From NCBI GenBank assembly GCA_964563495.1, contig CAZLYK010000009.1, forward strand, positions 45 to 64,044: a stretch of DNA of 64,000 nt, read 5' to 3'. Numbering within the stretch: position 1 is the stretch's first letter; each line of letters starts with the position of its first letter. Source of the DNA: an uncultured Heliobacteriaceae bacterium. Lineage in GTDB: Bacteria; Acidobacteriota; Blastocatellia; RBC074. A model generated the notes under the pieces. The model searched no databases. It worked only from the letters and a program-made list of their open reading frames with translations, and was not told where the DNA came from. Made by a program: the position numbers and the translations under genes. Below are positions 23,891 through 32,264 of the stretch, in pieces.

Positions 23891-24166
23891 CAGGATTTCA
23901 ACAGGATTATAGCAAGTTTCACGTTTGTGCGACCGCGTCCTCGCGGTCGCACAAACGTGAAACTTGCTGCCACAGTGTAAGCATTGATTGATGACCAATG
24001 CTATCAGCGCGGTTTTCAGTTTCGTGCGTCCTGTCAGACGCCCTCCCTGACGGTCGGTCTTCTGACAGGACGCACGAAACTGAAAACCGCTGTAAACCGG
24101 ATCAAAGACAGGGCAAAACAACATCCGGTTTAATCCTGTTGAAATCCTGTCAATCCTGTCTATTTC
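23876..24166. repeat. composite: family A element split by a nested ~186 bp hairpin-rich element (family B, 23909..24094)
   Basis: left A arm 23876-23908, right half (aaaccggatcaaagacagggc...aatcctgtcaatcctgtctatt) 24095-24166; insert holds a 26-bp perfect stem hairpin (23912-23967), a 6-bp hairpin (23980-24000) and a ~32-bp stem hairpin (24006-24092). Confidence 0.85.
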
Positions 24167-24206
24167 CTTCTTTGATCTGCTCATTCGTCTGACTGATTCA
24201 GTTTTG

Positions 24207-26351
24207 TCAGTTTATCGCTATCCGAAACCCGATATATTTGTTGCCATGATCCGGCATTTTGAACTCACGGTAAGAAGTGCGGCAAGCATCGCTGGTGCAC
24301 ATAATACAACCGCCGCGCTGTACATAATATCCCGAATTGGACGATCGCATTTGCCCGTCGTTTTTTAATTTCCGACGGTAAGCTTCTTCATCGTACCAGT
24401 CTTGACACCATTCCATGACATTGCCATGCATATCAAAGAGTCCCCAATGGTTCGGTTTCTTTCTGCCTACCGGATGCGTGCTATTTGAAGCATTATCGGC
24501 GTACCAGGCATAATCCGACAGCTTGCTTTGATCATCGCCGAAGCCCCACCTGCCGGTCGAGCCGGCGAGGGCGGCATACTCCCATTCGATTTCGGTCGGG
24601 AGGCGGTAAACCTCATTCCCGGTCTTTTGCCGCAGCCGTTTGATGAAATCCTGAACCGTATTCCACGACACCGTTTCGACGGGGCGATCATCATCTCCTT
24701 TGAAATAACTCGGATTGTTGTCGCTACCCATCAAAGCCTTCCATTGGGATTGAGTAACTTCGTATTTGCCAATCGCGAATGAAGCCACCTTCTCTCGATG
24801 CCTCGGCCTTTCATCCGGTTCTCCCTGATCCCATCCCATCTCGAACTCGCCACCCGGCAGGTGCACCATTTCAATCATGACACCATTCCCCAGATCTACA
24901 GTCAGCGATTGAAGCAATGCGGGGCTTGATGCGGGCGTCTCGGGTGAAAAAGCCGGCGTGTTTACAATCATTGGGGTGGGACTCAGGTAGGTCTCGCCCC
25001 GGTTGAGATTATGACGGATCAATAGAAAGACGGTAACGGCGAGCGCTGCGACAAATACAGTATATTTCCAGCGTGCGTCACGCGGCGGCGGAGCTTTCTC
25101 AGAGGCTTGGTCTTGACCTGCCGAATCTCGCTCGCTCCCAGGTCCGGCGCCGGCTTGCAACTCAGCCACGGTTGGTTGGGGGCAGCTTCGAATAGCCTCT
25201 TCGAGGATTGCGGCGACTTCGCCGGCGCGTTGAGGGCGATGGCTCGGGTCTTTCGCCAGCATCCGGCCGATGAGTTGATCGACTGAAGCAGGTACGTTGG
25301 GGAGGATGTCAAGGATGGATGGCGGCGATGCCGTCAATTGCATCTGGATGACCCTTTGCACCAAAGGGTCATCGAACGGGAGAGTTCCGGTCAACATTTG
25401 GTACAAGATAATCCCGAGTGAGTAGATGTCCGATCGTTTGTCGATCAGGCCGCCCTCTTGTAACTGTTCGGGGCTTGCATAATGGGGTGTTCCGATTGGG
25501 GTCGAGACGGGTGATCCCGCCGTAGTGCTGATGACTTTGGCGATGCCGAAATCCAACACTTTGACGTGACTGCTCCCATTGGGCTCATCAACCAGCATGA
25601 TGTTGGAGGGTTTAAGATCGCGGTGGACTATGTTTTTGGCGTGAGCCTCTTCAAGCGCGGCAGCAACCTGCCGAATGACGCCGGTGGTGTATTCCAAGCT
25701 CAGGCGGCCGGATGAAGCAATCTCTTCATCGAGCGTATGACCTTCAAGCCACTCCATGACCATGAAGGCAATGCCTTCGGCTGTTTGCCCGGCATCCGTA
25801 ACATAGGCGATGTTATTGTGATGGAGCCGGCCGACCAGTCTTGACTCCTGCTCAAAGAGGCCGACGATGTACCGGCTGCCGAGCGCCACATTGGGTTGGA
25901 GGATTTTGAAAGCTACTCGGCGGTCAATTTTTATGTGGTGCGCGGCATAAACCGCCCCAATTCCACCGACGCCGACGAGGGCTTCGATCATGTACTTGCC
26001 TGCCAGGGTCAGTCCTACGAGATGGTAAGGGTCCGGCAGTGAGAGTAATTGATTGTCGCTTGTGCAAAAGCGATCTGCCCTTGGATATTGCTGCCGGCAC
26101 TTGGGGCAGAATTTTGTCAGCTTTTCATCCGCCCTGCCCGGATCATCGATAATCCAGGTAAGATCCTTTACGCCGGCTGTCACAATCAATTCTATTGTCT
26201 GTTTATCGAATGCCAGGAGGGATTCCACTTCGCTGCGCAGTTGGTCATCGCCGGCGCAGGCTCGACTGAGAAAATCAGCCCACTCGATGGGGTCGAGCCT
26301 CAACGCGGCGTGAAATAGCTCGCTGATCCGTTCGTGTCGCTCAGGCGTCAT
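24207..26351 (-). CDS. Ser/Thr protein kinase fused to a C-terminal FGE-sulfatase (SUMF1-like) domain
   Basis: kinase motifs VAFKIL, HRDLKPSNIML, DFGIAK; TM segment; C-terminal GNVMEWCQDWYD FGE domain; start set to the ATG overlapping the sigma stop (ATGA). Confidence 0.85.
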   Translation of the reverse strand: MTPERHERISELFHAALRLDPIEWADFLSRACAGDDQLRSEVESLLAFDKQTIELIVTAGVKDLTWIIDDPGRADEKLTKFCPKCRQQYPRADRFCTSDNQLLSLPDPYHLVGLTLAGKYMIEALVGVGGIGAVYAAHHIKIDRRVAFKILQPNVALGSRYIVGLFEQESRLVGRLHHNNIAYVTDAGQTAEGIAFMVMEWLEGHTLDEEIASSGRLSLEYTTGVIRQVAAALEEAHAKNIVHRDLKPSNIMLVDEPNGSSHVKVLDFGIAKVISTTAGSPVSTPIGTPHYASPEQLQEGGLIDKRSDIYSLGIILYQMLTGTLPFDDPLVQRVIQMQLTASPPSILDILPNVPASVDQLIGRMLAKDPSHRPQRAGEVAAILEEAIRSCPQPTVAELQAGAGPGSERDSAGQDQASEKAPPPRDARWKYTVFVAALAVTVFLLIRHNLNRGETYLSPTPMIVNTPAFSPETPASSPALLQSLTVDLGNGVMIEMVHLPGGEFEMGWDQGEPDERPRHREKVASFAIGKYEVTQSQWKALMGSDNNPSYFKGDDDRPVETVSWNTVQDFIKRLRQKTGNEVYRLPTEIEWEYAALAGSTGRWGFGDDQSKLSDYAWYADNASNSTHPVGRKKPNHWGLFDMHGNVMEWCQDWYDEEAYRRKLKNDGQMRSSNSGYYVQRGGCIMCTSDACRTSYREFKMPDHGNKYIGFRIAIN

Positions 26352-26989
26352 GGCTTCCTCCCACGGTCGAGTTCGCGCAACAGCCAGGCCCTGGCCAACC
26401 TCCAATCTCTTTTGACGGTTTCGGGTGAGATGCTGAGAGTTTCCGCCGTATCTTCAATGCTCAGCCCGCCGAAGTAGCGCAGCTCCACCACCCATCTCTG
26501 CCTGGGGCTGAGATCTGCCAGGATTTTTAACGCATCGTCCAGCGCCGATAGTTCCTCGCGTTGATCCTGCGAAACCAACTGCGCCTCATCCAATGCCACA
26601 AACCGGAAGTCGCCGCCCCGTTTGATCGCCTTCTCAGCGCGCTTTATATCCAAGAGGATCTCCTGCATCAGTCTGGCGCAGGCGGCAAAGAAATGATCGC
26701 GGCTCTTCCAATCTACCTGACTTTGGTCAACCAGGCGCAGGTAAACCTCATTGATGAGCGCTGTCGCCTGTAACATGTGGCCGGGGTTCTCGCGGTTGAT
26801 CCGTGCCCTGGCGCGCTTGTGGATTTCCCCGTAGACCATAGTAATGAGCTCATCAAAAGCGGCAGGATCTCCATTGCGCCAATCCAGGAGCAATTGTGTG
26901 ACTGTCCGTGACTGGAAGTGATCCATGAATCTCCTCTGATAAGTCACCCACTCTTGGTGTGCAGTTACCGCTCGGTGATCATACTGCAC
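26348..26989 (-). CDS. ECF-type sigma-70 family sigma factor (kinase-associated subgroup)
   Basis: sigma-70 region 2 (LINEVYLRL) and region 4 (TLSISPETVKRDW); GTG start at 26989. Confidence 0.8.
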   Translation of the reverse strand: MQYDHRAVTAHQEWVTYQRRFMDHFQSRTVTQLLLDWRNGDPAAFDELITMVYGEIHKRARARINRENPGHMLQATALINEVYLRLVDQSQVDWKSRDHFFAACARLMQEILLDIKRAEKAIKRGGDFRFVALDEAQLVSQDQREELSALDDALKILADLSPRQRWVVELRYFGGLSIEDTAETLSISPETVKRDWRLARAWLLRELDRGRKP

Positions 26990-27223
26990 GGTAAGCTTTC
27001 AACTCCAATCAAACTCGCGATATCTTTGGCTTAGCGTCGTCCACTTCAGGAGACATCAAAAAAAAATTCCAGCGGCCTTACCTTTTTTTCACTCAGTTTC
27101 CGCACAGGGAATTGGAGGGGCAATGGGTTTGTCAATTCAAAGCTCGTCCCTTTCCATGGAATTGAAATGCTGTTAGTCAACTTTTGTTTGATCAACCTTT
27201 AAGATAAAGAGAGGTAAGCAACC

Positions 27224-27919
27224 ATGTCAAAACGTAGCGATCTTCAAATTTCCTCCGATGTCCAGAAGCCGAAGGAACCATTGGATCCCAAAGAGCCAAA
27301 AGATCCCAAAGACCCTAAGCCTAAGCCAATCGTGCCGCGTCCGGTAACCATCAGCGCCTTGACCATGGACTGCGATGATGAGAACGATCCGTTAAGCAGT
27401 GACGAACCCTATTTATTGGTCTTCAGCCTCAATCTTGTAGGGCTGCCAAAGCCAAGAGTGATCAAACTGGGCCCTTTCAACGTCAGTGCTTCCGATACTA
27501 CGTTTGTCTTCCCTCCGAATATTCTTTGGGGGGTGGATGGTCAACCAACAATCATCAATCACCCCGACGATTTGCTCCTGCTGGTAGCTTTGATGGAGAA
27601 TGACACATCTGATCCCGAAGCAGTCCGGTCATTCGTCGAAGGTTTTATGGTGGCAAGCTCAGTTGAGCACGCAACGAGCGCAGGAAATCACAATGACTTC
27701 GCGAGCCGAATGATAAACGCTATGCAGGGCTTCATCAGTGCCCCGGCATTGGCCACCGGCCCGATTGATCCCGATGACCAGATCGGCCCGGTGCAGGAAC
27801 TGCGCATCAATCAAGATGACCTAAATCTGGTTTATAGCGATAAACTCAACTCGAGCGATAAAGCCATGGTTTTCGCGGGAGACGGAGCCAGATACTTTGT
27901 TCGCTTCCGTATCCATTGA
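27224..27919 (+). CDS. hypothetical protein with a K/P/E/D-rich N-terminal repeat
   Basis: 231 aa ORF with good SD (aagagagg); PKEPLDPKEPKDPKDPKPKP low-complexity N-terminus; AT-rich upstream leader; no known domain. Confidence 0.5.
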   Translation: MSKRSDLQISSDVQKPKEPLDPKEPKDPKDPKPKPIVPRPVTISALTMDCDDENDPLSSDEPYLLVFSLNLVGLPKPRVIKLGPFNVSASDTTFVFPPNILWGVDGQPTIINHPDDLLLLVALMENDTSDPEAVRSFVEGFMVASSVEHATSAGNHNDFASRMINAMQGFISAPALATGPIDPDDQIGPVQELRINQDDLNLVYSDKLNSSDKAMVFAGDGARYFVRFRIH

Positions 27920-27928
27920 ATGAGGAGG

Positions 27929-28033
27929 AATAGACAGGATTGACAGGACTTCTGCAGGATTAAACAGGATATTGTTTGGCCCTGTCTTTGATCCTGTTTA
28001 ATCCTGCAGAAATCCTGTCAATCCTGACTATTT
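27929..28033. repeat. family A element, copy 10
   Basis: full palindrome with core ttgtttggccctgtctttgatc. Confidence 0.9.
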
Positions 28034-28037
28034 CTTC

Positions 28038-29210
28038 TCAAGGCCGGTTGCGACCGTAGCGATCGTGGCTCGACACCCACTCTTCGGCGATGACCGCGCT
28101 GCCGAGCGATAACTCGCCGCAGAGCACCGTCGCAGCGACGATTTCGGCGAACTTCCTGACTCCGTCCTTGCCGTAACAACCGAGCAGTTCCAGGCACTCA
28201 CGTTGCGTCGGCAGTCCGGTGCCTCCGCCGTAGGTCGCCACGATCAACGAAGGGATCGTGATCGAGTAATAGTAATCGCCCGCCGGCGTGATTTCGGAAT
28301 AGACCAGCGCCGCCGAAGATTCAGCGACGTTAGCCACGTCCTGCCCCGTCGCGATGAAGAGTGCCGCGATGCCGTTTGGCGAGTGCCCGCCGTTGTTGTT
28401 GGCGCCGGAAAAGAGGCTCCCCAGATTGCTGATCAGCCGCCCGCGAAAGATGCGTTCGACGCTGGTGCGCATGACGCTTTCCAGCAGTCGCGCAGGGATC
28501 GTCGCTTCCGCCGTCACGCGCTTGCCGCGCGTGCGCAGCACGTTGATCTGCGAGGATTTCTTGTCGGTCGCGAAGTTCGATTCGAGAAGGTAATGCTCGA
28601 TGCCCGGATAAACGCTGCAAATCCAATCGCAGGCGGCTTTGGTCGCCTTGCCGACCATGTTCTGGCCGGCGGCGTCACCCGTCAAGAAATTGAAACGGAG
28701 GAAGCGGAAGCGGCTGGCCGAATATTGCTCAATGTCGCGCAGTTTGCCGACGCGCGTGGTGGTCTCGGCCTGGCGTTTGATCTCGTTGAAGTTTTCTTCG
28801 ACCCACTTGCCGAACTGGCGAGCCTCGCGTGCGCTGGGAAAGATAAAGACCGGCGCGCGCTGCATGGCATCGTCCAGGACGGTGGTGGTCACACCGCCCG
28901 CCTCGCGCAGCAGCTTCATCCCACGATTATAGCTGGCGACAAGCGTGCCCTCGGTCGTCGCCAGCGGCACAAAGAATTCGCCCTTCGCATATTCCCCGTT
29001 GACCATTAGCGGCCCGGCCAGGCCGATCGGCACCTGCGCTACGCCGATGAAATGCTCGATGTTGCCCGGCAGCGCCGCTGACGGATCGAAGGAGTATTGG
29101 CCGACGTGGTTGAGCTCGACCCCGGTCTGCTCTTTCAGGAACCGCCGTCGAGCCTCAGCCGCTTCGCGGGTGTAATCGTTGTCCGGGGAACGCGGAATTT
29201 TGTTGGACAT
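28038..29210 (-). CDS. hydroxymethylglutaryl-CoA reductase, class I
   Basis: ATTEGTLVAS, DAAGQNMV and ATYGGGTG motifs match class I HMGR signatures. Confidence 0.85.
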   Translation of the reverse strand: MSNKIPRSPDNDYTREAAEARRRFLKEQTGVELNHVGQYSFDPSAALPGNIEHFIGVAQVPIGLAGPLMVNGEYAKGEFFVPLATTEGTLVASYNRGMKLLREAGGVTTTVLDDAMQRAPVFIFPSAREARQFGKWVEENFNEIKRQAETTTRVGKLRDIEQYSASRFRFLRFNFLTGDAAGQNMVGKATKAACDWICSVYPGIEHYLLESNFATDKKSSQINVLRTRGKRVTAEATIPARLLESVMRTSVERIFRGRLISNLGSLFSGANNNGGHSPNGIAALFIATGQDVANVAESSAALVYSEITPAGDYYYSITIPSLIVATYGGGTGLPTQRECLELLGCYGKDGVRKFAEIVAATVLCGELSLGSAVIAEEWVSSHDRYGRNRP

Positions 29211-29386
29211 TGGGCCTCCTCAAAGCGTACTTTCACTGATTTTTTTGCGCACCTCCGCGGGATTTTACTCAGCATCACCCCGAATCACCCGGAAAATCAA
29301 GCTCGATACGCCTGGCACACGAATTGTGTCAATCATGGGAAAAAGGGGGGGTATTTTTTGAAAAAGCTCCAGGAAAGGAAGGAGTT

Positions 29387-30559
29387 ATGAAACGCATCGT
29401 CATCTTGATTGCTCTTATCATTTCAATCTCCATAATTGGTTTCGGATGTGCATCGCGTAGAGGTGTCGTGCGAACCAGACCCCTACCACCTCAAAGGATG
29501 GTTGTCGATATCAGTATATTTTATGACTCGCTTGCTCCGTATGGCCGGTGGTTCGACGCGGATGATTACGGCTGGGTCTGGACGCCCTATGACGTGCCTG
29601 TCGGCTGGCGACCATATACCTATGGATATTGGGTATTCTCAGATTACGGCTGGACGTGGGTCTCGCAGTGGCGATGGGGATGGGCGCCATTTCATTTCGG
29701 GCGCTGGATCCATCATCGGCAACATGGGTGGATCTGGATCCCGGGCAGAGACTGGGGGCCGGCCTGGGTTCTCTGGCGACGTAGCCCAAGAGAGGGCGGC
29801 TGGATCGGCTGGGCGCCGATGCCGCCACAACGGGGTTGGCGTGTTGGGCTTGAATTCGAGACCTGGAATGATCCCGAAGGGTCGGTCGAGCCGGTTTACT
29901 ACAGCTTTATTGAGGAGAGGAACTTCGCCTCGCGCAATCTTGACCGGGATCTGGTGCACCCGGCGCGCAATGTTACATTGATTCGAGACACGAGCAACGT
30001 AACCAACTATGCCAGGGTGGAGAACCGTATTGTCAATCGCAGTCTGGATGTCGAACAGATCGAACGAGCAAGTGGGCGCGCAATCCCGCGGCATCGTGTG
30101 GTTGACGCCGGGTCCGCCGGCGCCGGTGAGCGGGTGAGCGGAAACGACATCAGGGTCTATCGTCCCGACATCTCCCGTTCAGCGCCTGAACGCCCGCCTC
30201 AAACCACTGTTCCACAACGACAACGGCCGTCCTCAGTGGAAGACATGAATCGACGCGAAGAGCGGGAGCGCCGCCAGCTGGAGACCGAGCAGGCGCGAGA
30301 ACGCAAGGTGCTGGAAAATCAACAGCGGGTGGAACGAGATCGAGCCGCGCGGCAGGCCGATGCGGAACAGATGCGCAGGCAGCAGGAGGCCGAAAGGCGC
30401 GTGCTTGATGAAAAGGTGCGCCGCGAACAAGAGGTGCTAAAATCCAGGCAGGAGACTCGACGTAAAGTAGAACAACCCGCCCCTACTGCTCCGCCGCGCA
30501 AACCGGCCGGCGAAGAAAAGAAAGAAGCGCCGCAAAGAAAACCGCCGAAGAAACCCTGA
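29387..30559 (+). CDS. hypothetical Trp/Gly/Tyr-rich repeat lipoprotein with charged coiled-coil tail
   Basis: lipobox IGFGC after the signal; repeated GW.W.P/YGW motifs; C-terminal R/E/Q-rich coiled coil; ATG 29387 with SD aggaaggag. Confidence 0.55.
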   Translation: MKRIVILIALIISISIIGFGCASRRGVVRTRPLPPQRMVVDISIFYDSLAPYGRWFDADDYGWVWTPYDVPVGWRPYTYGYWVFSDYGWTWVSQWRWGWAPFHFGRWIHHRQHGWIWIPGRDWGPAWVLWRRSPREGGWIGWAPMPPQRGWRVGLEFETWNDPEGSVEPVYYSFIEERNFASRNLDRDLVHPARNVTLIRDTSNVTNYARVENRIVNRSLDVEQIERASGRAIPRHRVVDAGSAGAGERVSGNDIRVYRPDISRSAPERPPQTTVPQRQRPSSVEDMNRREERERRQLETEQARERKVLENQQRVERDRAARQADAEQMRRQQEAERRVLDEKVRREQEVLKSRQETRRKVEQPAPTAPPRKPAGEEKKEAPQRKPPKKP

Positions 30560-30572
30560 GAGCGGGTTTTAA

Positions 30573-30676
30573 AATAGACAGGATCGACAGGATTTTTACT
30601 GGATTAAACAAGATATTTTCTGCTTTGGATTCAATCATGTTTAATCCAGTAAAAATCCTGTCGATCCTGTCTATTT
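30573..30676. repeat. family A element, copy 11
   Basis: aatagacaggatcgacaggatttttactggattaaacaagat...atgtttaatccagtaaaaatcctgtcgatcctgtctattt (compensatory changes). Confidence 0.9.
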
Positions 30677-30817
30677 TCTGCTTTGCTCAAATAACTCTCT
30701 AACATACAATGACTCGATCACATTCAGCGGGTTACCTTCACAAAAAAACGACCATTTTTCGGGCAATTGGGAGCATTTGCTGCCAAAGGACAATGGCATA
30801 GAAAAGGATCAACGCCC

Positions 30818-32239
30818 ATGAAAAGAGTTTCTTTCGCCTTTTTCCTCAGCGCTTTGTTGCTCGGCGGACCGGTTCTGTTGTTTCTGACCACGGTGCTGCC
30901 GTTGACTGCCGGTGCGCAACGCGCGACCGCAGAGAGGCCGAACATTCTTGTCATCGTGGCGGATGATCTGGGTTATGCCGACATAGGCGTGCAGGGCTGT
31001 CAGGACGTCCCGACGCCCTACATCGATTCTCTGGCGAGAAATGGTCTGCGCTTTACAAACGGCTATGTCTCGGGGCCGTACTGCAGTCCTACGCGCGCCG
31101 GTCTGCTGACCGGGCGCTATCAGCAACGCTATGGCCACGAATTCAACCCCGGCCCGGCGGGCAATGCTGATCCGGAGTTCGGGTTGCCTCTCACGGAAAC
31201 GACGCTGCCGGCTCGGTTGAAAGCGCTGGGATACACGACAGGAATGGTCGGCAAATGGCATCTGGGTTTTGAGCCAAAATTTCATCCGATGAAGCGAGGC
31301 TTTGATGAGTATTTCGGTTTTCTAGGGGGGGCTCACAGCTATTTGGAAAACAGCGAGGGGCGCAATATGGTCATGCGCGGCAACCGGATGGTGACAGAGT
31401 TTGGTTATCTGACCGATATGTTCGGCGACGAAGCCGCGGCTTTTATCGAACGACAAAAGGAGAAACCCTGGTTTTTGTACCTGGCCTTCAATGCCGATCA
31501 CACGCCGATGCAGGCGACCGAGAAATACCTGGCGCGTTTCCCAAACATCAAGGATCCGCTCCGGCAAAAGTTTGCGGCGATGCACAGCGCCATGGATGAC
31601 AACATCGGTAAGGTGCTCTCCGCGCTCGGCAAGCACAGGCTCGAAGAACGCACGCTGATCGTTTTCCTCAGCGACAACGGCGGCCCGACCAGAGCCAACA
31701 GTTCACGCAACACACCGCTGCGGGGCTTCAAGGCGCAGACGTGGGAAGGCGGCGTTCGCGTCCCCTTTTTGCTCCAATGGAAAGGCAAACTGCCCGCCGG
31801 CGTGGTCTATCAAGAGCCGGTCATTCAGCTCGACATTCTCCCAACGGCGCTGGCTGCCGCCGGCGTCGAGGCGAAAGGCGATTGGAAACTCGATGGAGTC
31901 AACCTGACGCCCTATCTGACCGGCCAAAAGAAAGGGGCGCCGCACGAGGCGCTGATGTGGCGTTTCGGCGGGCAGATGGCGATTCGGATGGGCGAGTGGA
32001 AGCTGGTCAAAGCGCCCGGAGCCGGGGCTGCATTTGCTGAGCGCCGTCAACGCACGACGGTCAGCGGCGCGCATCTATACAACCTTCGCGACGATGTCGG
32101 CGAACAGGTCAACCTGGCGGACAAAGAGCCGGAGAAGGTCAAACAACTCGCCGCTTTCTGGGAAAAGTGGAACGCCGAATTGGAGGAGCCGCGCTGGGAG
32201 CCGAACCGCAATCCCAACCGGCAAAATAGAGAGGATTGA
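30818..32239 (+). CDS. sulfatase (formylglycine-dependent arylsulfatase family)
   Basis: CSPTRAGLLTGRY C-x-P-x-R motif; signal peptide; C-terminal NRED* from a half repeat. Confidence 0.85.
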   Translation: MKRVSFAFFLSALLLGGPVLLFLTTVLPLTAGAQRATAERPNILVIVADDLGYADIGVQGCQDVPTPYIDSLARNGLRFTNGYVSGPYCSPTRAGLLTGRYQQRYGHEFNPGPAGNADPEFGLPLTETTLPARLKALGYTTGMVGKWHLGFEPKFHPMKRGFDEYFGFLGGAHSYLENSEGRNMVMRGNRMVTEFGYLTDMFGDEAAAFIERQKEKPWFLYLAFNADHTPMQATEKYLARFPNIKDPLRQKFAAMHSAMDDNIGKVLSALGKHRLEERTLIVFLSDNGGPTRANSSRNTPLRGFKAQTWEGGVRVPFLLQWKGKLPAGVVYQEPVIQLDILPTALAAAGVEAKGDWKLDGVNLTPYLTGQKKGAPHEALMWRFGGQMAIRMGEWKLVKAPGAGAAFAERRQRTTVSGAHLYNLRDDVGEQVNLADKEPEKVKQLAAFWEKWNAELEEPRWEPNRNPNRQNRED

Positions 32240-32258
32240 CGGGACTTTTGCAGGATCT
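32225..32258. repeat. family A half element (left arm)
   Basis: aatagagaggattgacgggacttttgcaggatct; supplies the sulfatase stop and lies just upstream of the FGE start. Confidence 0.7.
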
Positions 32259-32264
32259 GAAAGG

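Noticed and set aside
23912-24092. Long hairpin repeats (gtttcacgtttgtgcgaccgcg...) considered as CRISPR repeats
   Set aside because: Only two partial copies, no regular repeat-spacer array, and the stems are 26-32 bp perfect palindromes that are far longer than CRISPR repeats. Interpreted as a nested mobile or structured element instead.
22740-27930. Integrase/recombinase expected for a tRNA-adjacent island
   Set aside because: No tyrosine or serine recombinase-like ORF on either strand. The island call rests only on GC impression and gene content, hence moderate interest.
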